Translations under genes and position numbers: made by a program | The notes under the pieces: generated by a model | The model's input: the letters and a program-made list of their open reading frames with translations, nothing else | Databases searched by the model: none | Told to the model about the DNA's origin: nothing | NCBI GenBank assembly: GCA_963817525.1 | Contig: CAWFOU010000003.1 | Coordinates: forward strand, 1 to 33,197 | Length of the DNA: 33,197 nucleotides | Origin: an uncultured archaeon | GTDB lineage: Archaea > Thermoproteota > Nitrososphaeria > Nitrososphaerales > Gagatemarchaeaceae | Direction: 5' to 3' | Shown here: in pieces, positions 22,656 to 33,197 of the stretch | How the letters are laid out: the number at the start of each line of letters is the position of its first letter | How positions within the stretch are numbered: the first letter of the stretch is position 1

Positions 22656-23846
22656 CGCTGAAACCAGACACGTAGACGACCCAGAAGTTCGGGCGCGGGA
22701 ATGTCTGTGAGATTCGCACCGAACCTCCCTCCCTGCTGGAGCGTCACACTGGCATATTGGTGTCCGTCTATCGAGATCTGGGCCGTACCGTCGCTCACGG
22801 TGATCTGGTAGTCGTGGCTGTTGAAGGGGGAGAGAGTAGTCTGCACGTACGCGAGGTGTGTCTGCGCCGTGCCGTCGACGTATCGTGAGACCTCGAGTAT
22901 TCCGTCCGTGTGCAGGAACGCGTAGTAGTAGTTGCTGGAGTTCTGGTAGTCGAAGACTATCCACTGGCCGTCCCAAGGGCTGCGGACCCGTCACGATCGT
23001 CTGCATGACGACGTTCACCTGATAGTTCGTGCTGGGTGCGGCTTGGACTATGTTCACCCTCGTCCCAAGTGGCACCCCGATGAGCAGGAGCCCCAGCACC
23101 ACGAGGACCAGGACCTCCCTCCTTCGAACGGAGAGCGGCGCGCTCCTGCTCTTGTGATGGGTGACGGGCTGGGTGATGAAGATCGCAATGACCAGACCGA
23201 TGAGGAACGGGACGGGGATACCAAAACTCCCGATCATCGGAGGGGGAAGTTCATCGCTTCAGCGAAAGACCAGGGAGCCAAGGACGATGAGCAGGAAGGC
23301 AAGGACGTTCACGACACGGACCGTACCGCCGACACCCAGCCTCGAAGCCGTGGTCTTCCAGTCCCTTGTGGACCGAAGACCGACGAGGAACTCTCCCGAG
23401 ACACCGAAGAGGAAGACGATCGACATGCCGACGAGGGCTATCGCATCGAGTCGTCCTGCCGTAGCCGAGCCAGAACAGGATGGCGTAGCGGGTCCCATGG
23501 AAGAGGATGTCGAGCGGCGAACGCTCTCTGGCCTTGAGAGGCGGGGGTAGTTCCGTAGAGCAGCAGGACCGCTCCTCCCAGCACCCAGTACAGAGGGCGG
23601 AAGGAAGAGCAGGATGACCATGGAAAGGATTGCTAAGGGAGCGCCGCCCACCGAGATGAGTGAAAAACCGCTCATTCTCTCCGGCGAAAAGGGCGAAGGT
23701 CTTGGAGGTGATCGCGAACGCGATGATGAGGAGGCCCGGAAACTGCGACAGGTTGAGGAGCTCCCGAAGAGGACGGCCGCCACTACGTGCGCAAGAGAAG
23801 TGAGCACAAAATAGACGTCCTCTCGAGCGTCGGGCTGGCTCTGCAA
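22636..23846 (-). CDS. Multi-pass membrane protein with UbiA-like segments and a C-terminal beta-rich soluble domain (frameshifted)
   Basis: Joined ORFs give PPLKARERSPLDILFHG and DWKTTASRLG among about 8 hydrophobic segments, then NYQVNVVMQT...WIVFDYQNSSNYYYAFLHTDGILEV...ISIDGHQYASV. TTTTTAAG on the minus strand at 23873-23880. Confidence 0.6.
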
Positions 23847-23944
23847 GAAACAGGACGCCGATTCCAATACGGCTTAAAAACATGCACAACACGGTTCGCG
23901 CCGCCTGCATTCGCGCCACCTCTTCGGCGGAGCCCTTGACTTTC

Positions 23945-24487
23945 TCAACTTGTCATCGAGAGGAGCGCGTTCACGGTCCTCCAGTTTCTTGTCGTGGCCG
24001 TGACTTTGAGCTCCTCCTCGAAGAAGTTGTTAGAGAGCTTCGTCTCGCCGTAGCCGTTGGGGACAGAAGAGGTAGATTTCGCGCCGTGCGATGACATACT
24101 CCTCGGATCCCGTCCTCGCCCGTTCTATCCTCTCGGATGGGGCCTTCTCCGGCTCCTGCGGAAAGGAAAGTGACGTGCAGCTTTGTCCTGGTTCCTTCCC
24201 CACGAGAGGCAGCTGGAGACAACGGGCAGTTCGAGCATCCCCTCCTGACCTGACGACGACAGTGACGTCGAAACCGAACTCCTTCTTACGATGTCTCTTA
24301 ATCTTCGCTCTCGACTGCCCGGGGCTTCTTTAGCCAGAGCACTCGAAGACCAGGTTCCCGCTCTGGACGTACGTTCGGACGTTCCTCAGACCCGACGATG
24401 CGCACATGGCCCTCTAGGGTCTCCATCTTCATAGACCTTCTGCCCGCTCACGTTGATGCCGCGGAGCATAGAGACGTATGTGGGCAC
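23945..24487 (-). CDS. DUF1697 family protein (frameshifted)
   Basis: Manual translation: TYVSMLRGINVSG, NVRTYVQSGNLVF, YLFCPNGYGETKLSNNFFE, TATTRNWRTV. Confidence 0.9.
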
Positions 24488-24621
24488 GAAAGGCGCGTTG
24501 AGCCCGATTATTTAACACGAGCGAGATGTGCCTTGACCCACCCTTAGCCGCCACGGACGATTATTCGTTGACCCACGAGTTCCTGAAGGCGTAAATATGC
24601 TCAGACGGGAATTTCGCGTAC

Positions 24622-25981
24622 GTGATAAGAGTCAAGGTGACGCTGCAGCCGGATGACCTTCCTAAGAACTGGTACAACATCCAGCACGACCTGCCCGAGC
24701 CGCTCCCGCCGCCGCTCGACCCGGGGACCATGAAGCCGATGTCACCGGAGCCTCTGCTCCGGCTCTTTGCCAAGGAGTGCGTCATGCAGGAGGTCTCCAC
24801 GGAGGAGTACATCCCCATTCCCGAAGAGGTCAGGGAAGCGTACCTGCGCTTCGGGCGTCCGAGCCCCCTCTACCGAGCGACGAGGCTGGAGGCCGCGCTC
24901 AAGACTCCCGCCAAGATATTCTACAAGAGGGAGGACCTGAACCCGGCGGGAAGCCACAAGCCCAACACCGCCATAGCCCAGGCATACTATCACTCGAAGG
25001 AGGGCACCAAGAGCCTAACGACCGAGACGGGCGCGGGCCAGTGGGGCAGCGCGCTGGCGATGTCGTGCACTCTGTTCGGGATTGACTGCACGGTCTACAT
25101 GACGCGGAGCGCCTACCAGCAGAAGCCATACGGCAGGACCCTGATGGAGGTCTACGGCGCAACGTCTCATGCTTCGCCGAGCACCTCACGAAGGTCGGAC
25201 AGAAGTTCCTCGCCCAGGACCCCAACCACCCCGGAAGCCTTGGGATCGCGATAAGCGAGGCCATCGAGGACTGCGTCACGCATGACGGTACAAAATACTC
25301 GCTGGGCAGCGTCCTCAACCACGTCCTCCTCCACCAGACCGTCATCGGCCAGGAGGCCGTGGAGCAGATGAAGATGTTCGACGAGGAGCCGGACTACATC
25401 GTCGGATGCATAGGAGGAGGTAGCAACTACGCGGGCCTGGCTTACCCGTTCATGCGTGAGAAGCTCAAAGGAAGAGCGAGGCGGAGTTCCTCGCCGTCGA
25501 GCCGAAGGCCGTGCCCTCGACCACCCGAGGCGAGTACCGGTATGACTTCGCCGATACGGGCGAGATGACGCCCGCTGCTGAAGATGTACACGGTCGGCCA
25601 CACGTACCAGTGCCCGCCCATACACGGAGGCGGCCTGCGGTACCACGGGAAGGCGCCCTCGATGTGCATGCTGATAGACAAGGGCTACATGAGGAGCGTT
25701 GCGTACAACCAGAACGAGGCGATGGACGCGGCCATGACTTCGCTCGGACGGAAGGGATCGTCGTCGCCCCGGAGACCAGCCACGCCGTGAAGGGTGCCAT
25801 CGACATCGCGCTCCAGTGCAAGCAGAAGAACGAGGAGAAGGTCATACTCTTCAACCTGAGCGGCCACGGACTGCTGGACTTGAAGGCCTACGAGGACAAG
25901 CTAGCGGAAAGCTCGTGGACTACGCTCCCGACGAGGCGATGCTGAAGCGAGCCCTTGCGTCGCTGCCGGTCGGTCGCGTAG
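24622..25981 (+). CDS. trpB2: TrpB2 (stand-alone tryptophan synthase beta-like PLP enzyme; frameshifted)
   Basis: [16 protein letters not shown] (PLP Lys), [41 protein letters not shown]. End approximate. Confidence 0.95.
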
Positions 25982-26044
25982 GCCCGAATACCGCGCCTAC
26001 TGCGCGCCTCTCAAATAGAGGGGCTCGACGCGCGCTGCACACGC

Positions 26045-26977
26045 ATGAGAAGCCTCCTCCTGACTTCGGACCTGTCGGCTGCAGAGATGGATGCTCTGCT
26101 GGCCAAGGCAGGTGACCTGAAGAAGAAGATGAAGAGCGGGCACGGAGATGACGTCGCTCAGGGGGAAGGTCGTTGGGCTGCTGTTCGAGAAGCCCTCCAC
26201 GCGGACCCGGACCGGGTTCGAGGTGGCGGCGCTGCGACTCGGCGGCCATTCGCTCTACCTCTCTGCGAACGAACTTCAGCTCAGCCGAGGGGAGCCGGTA
26301 AAGGACACCGCGAGGATTCTCGGCGGATATCTTGACATCATAGTCGCGAGGGTTTACGCCCAGGACACGGTGGACCAGCTCGCCGAGTATTCCGGCGTCC
26401 CCGTCATAAACGCGCCTCAGCGACCTGGAGCATCCCGACGCAGATAGTCAGCCGACTTCTTCACGATAGTCTGGAGGCGAAGGGCAAACTGAAGGGGCTG
26501 AAGATGGCCTACATCGGAGACGGCGACAACGTCTGCAACTCGCTCGTCATGGGTTCGGCTATAGAGGGAGTGAACATCTCGGTCGCCTGTCCCCGAACCT
26601 ACATCCGAACGAGGCGATACTCGAGAAGGCACGAGTCCAGTCGCCAAGTCGACCGGAAGCACCATGGAGGTCACGGACGACCCGACGAAAGCCGTCCACG
26701 ACGCGGACATAGTCTACACTGACGTCTGGGTGAGCATGGGCGAGGAGGCGGAGAAGGAGAGGACGCCTGAGGGCCTTCAAGGGTTACCAGGTGAACTCCG
26801 AAGCTGCTGGAGGTGGCCAAGCCCGACGTGAGCGTCATGCACTGCCTTCCCGCGCACAGGGGGCTCGAGATCACCGATGACGTCATTGAGGGCCCCCACT
26901 CGATAGTCTGGAAGCAGGGAGAGAACAAGCTCTATGGAGCCGCGGCCGTCCTGGACTGGCTGGCCCGGCTCGAATGA
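26045..26977 (+). CDS. argF: Ornithine carbamoyltransferase (frameshifted)
   Basis: [40 protein letters not shown]. Confidence 0.95.
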
Positions 26978-26980
26978 AGT

Positions 26981-28008
26981 CTAGCTGACGCCCAGGGCCG
27001 ACCTTCTCGATCCGTCCACCCTCTTCATGACCTCCTCCAGCTCGTGCTTGTCCGGACTTCCTCTCGTCTCCACCCTTGTCGCCTTTATCGCTCCGGCCAG
27101 GTTGGCCCAGTTAGCCGCTTCCAGAGGCCCGTGGCCCGTCATGAGGTAGCTCGCAAAGACTCCGAGGAAGGCGTCACCGCATCCCGTAGTGTTGACCACG
27201 GTTCCTCCAAGTTCGGACATGTCGAAGCCGGAGGCCCTGCCCGCTACGCCGTCCGTCGCCACGATACACCCCTCCGGCCCGAGGGTGGCGACGATCCCCA
27301 TACGGGGGTTCTTTCGCCTGGCGATCTGAACCGCTCTGTCTTCGTCGTCCGCCTCGTAGATGTTCATGAGCTCGAATCCTGTCAACTACGAGGATGTCCG
27401 CGTTCTTCAGGACGGGCTCGAGGGAGGCGATGCCCTCCTGAGTGCGGACCCCTGGACTGTACAGCACCTTCGCGCCCGACTTCTTCGCCAGTTGAGCCGC
27501 TGCGGCAGAGACCTCGGTCGGAGGGTCCATGATTACGACCACCTGGCTTCGTGACATCGTACTCGCTGCTGGTCCCGAGCGCACATGCTGCGGCAGTATC
27601 CTCTCGTTCGCGCCGAAGTGGGTGTGGATCGTCTTCCGGCCCTTGCCATCAATCAATATGTATGCCGTCCCCGACTGGACGCCGGGAATCCTAATGACGC
27701 CGTCGACGATGACGCCTTCTCTCTTCAGCTCTTCCAACTGCTTGTCGCAGACCGCGTCAGAACCAAGAGCGCCGACGAACGCCGCTCTGCCGGGCCCTAG
27801 GGATGCGCGCAGCCGCCACCGAGACGTTCCCACCCTTTCCCCCAGAGAACTCCTCGACACGTGTCACGGGCATCTCTTCTCCTGGCCTTGCGAAGCGGTC
27901 TTCGAACAGGCTGATGTCCCAGTTAATCGCGCCTAGCACGGATACCAAACCGCCCTTCTCTCTGCTCTCTGTTGCACCTCTGCGAGAAGACGCTGTAGCC
28001 TCCGGCAA
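26981..28008 (-). CDS. PfkB/ribokinase-family carbohydrate kinase (frameshifted)
   Basis: GAINWD, GGKGGNVSVAAA, SGTAYI, TLGPEG, NTTGCGDAF. Start uncertain. Confidence 0.92.
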
Positions 28009-28077
28009 ACCGGAAATCCCTCCGCTTAGTCGGTTCTAACCCTTTCGACTTCCTGGATTGCCGCTAACCGTTGGGGG

Positions 28078-30446
28078 TCATTTGAAGAGAATTGGATACC
28101 GCTTGGTCCGCCATCTAGCCAGCAGGCCTAACGCCGCCAACACTACGGCGTTAACCGCTATTATCTCGAGATATGACAGTGGCAACGCAACGCTGCTCGA
28201 TTTCGTGCTCGTACTCGTCGTGGTTGTCGCACTCGTCGTGCTCGCAGAGGTGATCGGGGCGGAGTCAGAGATGACGGTGACGGTGTCATTTGTGGGGTTT
28301 GAAACGAAGAGCTCACCCCTCGAAGGATCGTATGCGATTTGGAAGGGATCGACGCCCGCGGCCAAAGTCGCCACTACCTTGTCAGACGTGTCAGATATTA
28401 CCGAGACGGAACCACCGACTCCGGCGTAGACGCCACCGGGGGCGCTGGCGTTGAAGCTCACTTTGCCATAATTGGCCACGAAAACATACCCCTTGCCGAA
28501 GTCGTAGGCGACACCGTCGGGAGAGTCTCCCACTGGCACTGTCGCGACAACCGAGTTGTTCGTGTCAGAGATTATGGATGTGGTGTTGGAGCCAGAGTTG
28601 GCAACAAATATCTCGCCCTTGGTTGGGTCGTAGGCCACTCCCGTTGGGCTACTCCCCACGGGCACCATTGCGACCACCTTGTCGGACGAGTCTGAGATGA
28701 CCGAGACGCTCCCGTTGATGTAGTTTGAAGCATTGGCGTCATCAGGGATGGCAGCGTCGTTGGCGACAAAGAGCTCGCCCTTGGCAGGGTCGTAGGCGAT
28801 GCCGCTGGGGAAGGAGCCCAGGGGCACGGTCGCGACGACAGAGTTGGTCGTGTCCGAGATGACAAATAACAACCCCGGCGCGCGAGGAGTAGTTCCCACA
28901 GTTTCTGAGCGCCCTCGAGCTGTCACGAATATCTCGCCCTTGGCGGAGTCGTAGGCGAGATATGACGGGATACGCTCCTATTCCGGAATTCTCAGTATTG
29001 TTCCCGAGGCCAATCGTCGCGACCACCGAGTTGTTCGTGTCGGAGATGACGGTGATGCAGTCGCCGTACTCGTTGGAGACGAAGAGCTCGCCCTTGGCGG
29101 AGTCGTAGGCGACGAACTGCGGGACTGGGGCTATCCTGGAATCCTGGATTGTTGAGCCCGGGAACGTCTATCGTCGAGACCACGGAATTGTTGGAGTCGG
29201 AGATGGCCGAGATCGTGGGGACCGAGAAATCGGCCACGAAGACATCGCCCTTGTCAGAGTCGTAGGCGAGACCGAGAGGGTCCAGGCCGACTCCGACGGT
29301 GCCCGGGCCACCCTGGGCGGTGCCCGTCTCGTAGGTGAAGGTCGTGCAACTTACCGAGAGCTGATAGCCAATGGAGCCGGGGCTGAAGCACTGGGAAGTG
29401 GAGGATGCTCCGCCGACGTCGATGTGCGAACGTGGATGCCGTGGACGGACGAGCTCGTGGCGACCGCGCTGTCTGAGATGATCGCGATGGTGTCGTCATG
29501 CCGCCACCGACGAAGACCTCTCCCTTGCCAGAGTCATATGCGAGTACGAGGGTTGCTGATTCCGGTGTTCCGATCGCCGTAGTAGCGCATTGGTCGCGTC
29601 GCTGAAGACCGTCACGTCCTGGTGGTGAAGCTGATGTTCCGCTGTCGGCCACGAAGAGTTCGCCCTTTGCGGAGTCGTAGGAGATGCCTCTGCGGTCCCG
29701 AGGGAGCCGTCTATGGTAGCGGTACATGGTGTTGGTCGAGTCGCTTATCACGGAGACGGTGTTGTCGTCGTAGTTCGTCACGAACAGCTCTCCCTTGGCG
29801 GAGTCGTAGGCGACGCCGTAGGGCTCCGACCCGACGTTCACGGTCGCGACAATCGAGTTATTGGAGTCGGAGATGACCGAGACCGTATTGCCGTCGCGTA
29901 GTTCGCCACGAAGACATCGCCCTTGCCGGAGTCGTAGGCGATGCCGAAGGGGTCGCTGACACCGGACACGGTGGCGACGACCGCGTTGGTCGCATCGGAT
30001 ATCACCGAGACCGAGCCGAGGGTCCTCGTGGTACCGCTCGCCACGAAGATCTCGCCCTTGCCGGAGTCGTAGGCTACGCACTGCTGGATAGACTCCCACG
30101 GAAACGTTCGCGATCGCTTTGTCGGTCGCGTCGGAGATGATCGAGACCGTGTTGGCTCCGTAGTTGGCGACGAATAGCTCGCCCTTCGCGGATCATAGGC
30201 TATGCCGTCCGGCTCGTAATTTTGACAAAAGTGAATGGTAGCGACCACCGCATTGTTCGCGTCCGAGAGCACCGTGATGAATCGTTGAAGAAGTGCGTCA
30301 CGAATATTTCTCCCTTGCCGGAGTCGTAGGCGATGCCGTATGAGGTGCCCCCGACGTTCACCGTCGCGACCAGAGCCTGGCCGCGGGCGAACGGGCACGG
30401 AGGAGGAGGCGAAGACCAGCAAGACGCAGCAGGAGGCGAGTGCCAT
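28078..30446 (-). CDS. Membrane-anchored YVTN/YncE protein with two 7-blade beta-propellers (frameshifted)
   Basis: Signal-like N-terminus (LLVFASSSV...ARG/QALVAT), 14 copies of the (P)xG(I/V)AYDxxKGE(I/L/V)FV...VSVISD repeat, an internal Ser/Thr linker near 29300-29470, and a Ser/Thr tail with TM and basic end. Confidence 0.8.
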
Positions 30447-31620
30447 GCAGTCGTTCGGAGAGAGACGGCGGAGGATACCAGAGACAGTTTGTGGCCTTCG
30501 GCAAGATAATCAGACTGAGTGTCCAACGCTTGCTTCGTTGTTTCGAGAGTTGCGAGTGCGCCCAGGATTCCTACGATGGCGGCGTTGATCGCGACTATCC
30601 CAAGATAGGAGAGCGGCAGAGAGATGAGCTGGATTTCGTGCTGGAAGAAGTGGAGCTGGCAACGCTGCTTGAGGCCGCAGTCGCAACCGGAGATGATGCT
30701 GAGGGTGCGGGCCGAGCCCACTCGGCACGAAGATCTCACCCTTGCCGGAGTCATATGCGATGCCGCCTGGGGATGAACTCCCACTGTACGTAGCGACGAC
30801 CGTGTCGGTCGCGTCGGAGATGACCGACACCGTGCCCTCGGAGGTGCCATTGTAGTTTCCCTCGCCATAGGACGACCCCTCGGAATTTGTCACGAAGACC
30901 TCACCTTTCGCCGGGTCGTAGGCGACACCGTAGGGATCCTCGCCCACGGTCACGTTCGCGACCACCGTATTGTGTCGCGGCGGAGATGATTGAAGTGAAG
31001 TTAGAGTTGGAGTTAGCCACATATACTTCTCCGTTTGCGGAGTCGTAGGCGAGGCCGTAGGGGTAATATCCCACCGGCACGGTCGCGACAACTGAGTTGT
31101 TGGTGTCGGAGATCACGAGGACCGAGTCGAGGGCTTCATTGGCAACGAAGAGCTCTCCCTTGGCAGGGTCGTAGGCGATACCCGCGAGGTCGGTCTGCAA
31201 GATCTCTCCATCCACTGTGGCCGTCTGGTTGACGTTAACCGTCGCAACCACAGTGATCGTCGCGTCGGAGATGACCGCGATGGCGTTGAGAGAGATGGGG
31301 AGACCGCTACCGTATGCCACGAATACCTCCCCCTTGCCTGAGTCGTAGGCGAGACCGTTGGGAGGTCCTGCCACCGGTCACCGTGGCGACGACAGCATTA
31401 TTTGCATCCGAGATGACCGATACGCTGCTGTTGTAATAATTCGCCACGAAGACTTCTCCCTTGCCTGGTCGTAGGCGACGCCAACGGGCCCATACCTACA
31501 TTCACCGTGGCAACGATATTGTTGGTCGAGTCAGAAAGCACCGTAACCGTGCCGTTGAGGTAATTGGCGATGAAAACCTCGCCCTTGGCGGGGTCGTAAC
31601 GATTGCTGACGCAGACCCTC
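28300..31620 (-). repeat. 21 degenerate coding repeats (YVTN propeller blades), roughly 125-175 bp apart
   Basis: Recurrent + strand cores like CCCTTG(G/C)CGGAGTCGTAGGCGA near 28330, 28500, 28630, 28790, 28950, 29100, 29260; 29535, 29675, 29805, 29930, 30065, 30190, 30325; 30750, 30915, 31040, 31170, 31340, 31470, 31595. Confidence 0.85.
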
Positions 31621-31741
31621 CATCCTTCGCGGTCGCCACCACCGTCTGCGCGTGCACGAACGGTAGGAAAGAGGACCCGAAGACCAATAGGGCAAGCAAC
31701 ACGAACGCTATCAGAATCTTATTTCCGTGGCGCCCTTTCAC
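30510..31741 (-). CDS. Membrane-anchored YVTN/YncE protein with one 7-blade beta-propeller (frameshifted)
   Basis: Signal peptide MKGRHGNKILIAFVLLALLVFGSSFLPFVHA/QTVVAT, 7 YDxxKGE-type repeats, Ser/Thr tail and TM. Confidence 0.82.
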
Positions 31742-31820
31742 GTACTTTACTTTTCCGCCGGGCTCTCCGAGTCCACTTAAGCGTTCCGGGCTGACCCTAG
31801 CAACTCGCGAATTCCCGGGC

Positions 31821-31952
31821 TCACACCCTCATGAAGAAATTGTCGCCGCTACTTAGCGACTGGGGGCTCCGTTTGTGCGTTGTCCCGCAGCGCTTGATGT
31901 GCCTCGCATAGTTTGACGAAATCAGCTTGTGGCACTTCGGACAGATTGGCAT
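31821..31952 (-). CDS. 43-aa basic C2HC zinc-finger microprotein
   Basis: MPICPKCHKLISSNYARHIKRCGTTHKRSPQSLSSGDNFFMRV; TAAAAG about 25 nt upstream on the minus strand. Confidence 0.65.
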   Translation of the reverse strand: MPICPKCHKLISSNYARHIKRCGTTHKRSPQSLSSGDNFFMRV

Positions 31953-32066
31953 CGGGTGTGGACGTCCTGCACGACTTTTACGTGTTTCGAAGAGCCCCTG
32001 CTGCGGACTTGGGCCTCCCCGAGGGTCGCTGAAACAATAATACGAACCCGACCATTCCCGCTTGCG

Positions 32067-32765
32067 ATGCAGAGGCTCCGACTCGCCTGGGTCCTGGTGA
32101 TATCCCTGCTCCTGGTGCTGACCGTCGGGACGGTGGCCGCGGGCCGGCTCTCGGGAGTGAGCTCCCTGCATCTTGGGAGGAATCCGTGGGACCCGTCGGA
32201 GGAGACGGCTCGAACTCTACGCAAACCGGGACGGCGGTCACAATCACCGCGGCTTCAGCCAACGGCAGTTCACATGCGACCATCGCACCGCCTGCGTTCT
32301 CGCTCTCTCTTTCATCCGCTCTGACGTTTCCGGATCTGTTGCTATTCGCAGTCGTGGCCTTCGCTCTGGCCACGGGGGTGGCTTTCCTCCTGCGAATCAT
32401 CTGGGGAGGCTGATGTGTATGATTTCGCGGCAGCGTTGGACCAGCTTGAAAAAGAGAGGTCACTGGTCGCGGGCTCTTGGTCGCAGAAGCTGAGGAACAT
32501 CGCCCTCCTGCGTTACTACTCGCTGATGCGCAAGATATGTTCCCAGATGGGGCTCGCGGACAGTCCCTCGGAGACGTCGCTAGAGTATCTCAGCCGCGTA
32601 GCCACGGCTCTCAAAATCAGCCAGACGGACGCCGCGGACTTTGCGGCGGCGTTCGACCGTGCGAGGTACGGCGGCGAGCTATCGGACGAAGAAGCGAGGA
32701 ACGCTTCGGCACACATGGCGAGCTTCGTGAACGGTCTTAGGGAGAGTTTTTCCCGTGGCCATTAG
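32067..32765 (+). CDS. DUF4129-domain membrane protein (probably one frameshifted gene)
   Basis: N-terminal TM, second TM (LLFAVVAFALATGVAFLL), then YYSLMRK...PSETSLEYLSRV...FDRARYG. Confidence 0.75.
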
Positions 32766-33108
32766 GGCGACCGCTTACACTGTTATCGGCATAGCGTCAG
32801 CGGCGGTGGTCGCTGTCCTGACCGCCCCGTACCGGGCGATTGACATATCCGTAGTCGCCTTCTCGGCGATGATGGTCGGCGCATACTGCCTGCGGAAGGC
32901 CGAGCTACCTCCCTGGCTAAAGATAACGAAGCCCGAGGTCAGGAGCAGAGTGTTCCGCTATGCCGAACTCGCGAAGACGGGCGCACGCGACCCATCGAAG
33001 AACTGGGTCATCAACGACAAACAGTCGCTCTTCTCAGCGACCGAGCTCCGAAACCTTCCCCATAAGGAGCTGGTCGAGCTCGAGGCCAAGCTACGAGCAG
33101 CGGAGTGA
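32755..33108 (+). CDS. Hypothetical membrane protein (2 TM)
   Basis: Intact 117-aa ORF overlapping the upstream stop, between DUF4129 and MoxR-like genes. Confidence 0.7.
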   Translation: MAIRATAYTVIGIASAAVVAVLTAPYRAIDISVVAFSAMMVGAYCLRKAELPPWLKITKPEVRSRVFRYAELAKTGARDPSKNWVINDKQSLFSATELRNLPHKELVELEAKLRAAE

Positions 33109-33114
33109 TTGCGA

Positions 33115-33197
33115 TTGGACGTCCAGCCCTTCGTGAAGTTCCGCGAGAGCCTTGTTCAGGCCGTGTCGAACGCGATAGTCGGTAAGACCAGGGTAAT
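33115..33197 (+). CDS. Probable MoxR-family AAA+ ATPase, N-terminal fragment
   Basis: MDVQPFVKFRESLVQAVSNAIVGKTRV resembles MoxR N-termini (IVG motif) and follows a DUF4129 gene. Only 27 codons are visible. Confidence 0.55.
   Translation, partial: MDVQPFVKFRESLVQAVSNAIVGKTRV

Noticed and set aside
23895-23921. Tandem TTCGCGCC(G/A)CCT repeat upstream of the UbiA-like gene
   Set aside because: Only two short GC-rich copies with no other support, so chance is plausible.
24622-26977. trpB2-argF as a specialised biosynthetic cluster
   Set aside because: Both are ordinary housekeeping types, each with its own TATA-like element, and stand-alone TrpB2 is common in archaea.
28300-31620. CRISPR array or other non-coding repeat
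   Set aside because: The repeats are degenerate, spaced over 120 bp apart and translate as YVTN blades. No cas genes are present.

Overview
A gene-dense, GC-rich archaeal chromosomal segment. Evidence for archaeal origin: ABCE1/Rli, Cdc48, class I LysRS, stand-alone TrpB2, a tRNA with a BHB intron, and TATA boxes about 25-35 nt upstream of start codons. Gene content and YVTN surface proteins suggest a non-ammonia-oxidising Nitrososphaerota (Thaumarchaeota)-like lineage, which is inference only. Most genes carry small indels, including essential ones, which is best explained as uncorrected long-read error, so many CDS were rebuilt by eye across frames and their ends are approximate. Order: rli, HExxH/CxxC membrane protein, surE, wHTH regulator, hsp20-cdc48, lysS, tRNA-Arg(GCG), membrane protein, acyP, IDH-family enzyme, ybjQ, CADD-like oxidase, folB-folK, folP, hypothetical, ACT protein, tldE-tldD, hypotheticals, HAD hydrolase, M1 aminopeptidase, AIR-synthase-like protein, thiI, UbiA-like fusion, DUF1697, trpB2, argF, PfkB kinase, two YVTN propeller proteins, a zinc-finger microprotein and a DUF4129-MoxR locus. 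Best leads: (1) a CADD/CT610-type self-sacrificing pABA synthase clustered with bacterial-type folB/folK and folP in an archaeon; (2) a divergent wHTH regulator with two tandem TTAACC-N3-GG(T/C)TAA operators over the hsp20-cdc48 promoter; (3) a conserved STKSSS-xx-LPLSYL-TM C-terminal anchor on two surface proteins; (4) a tRNA intron at position 29/30. No mobile element or CRISPR array was seen.
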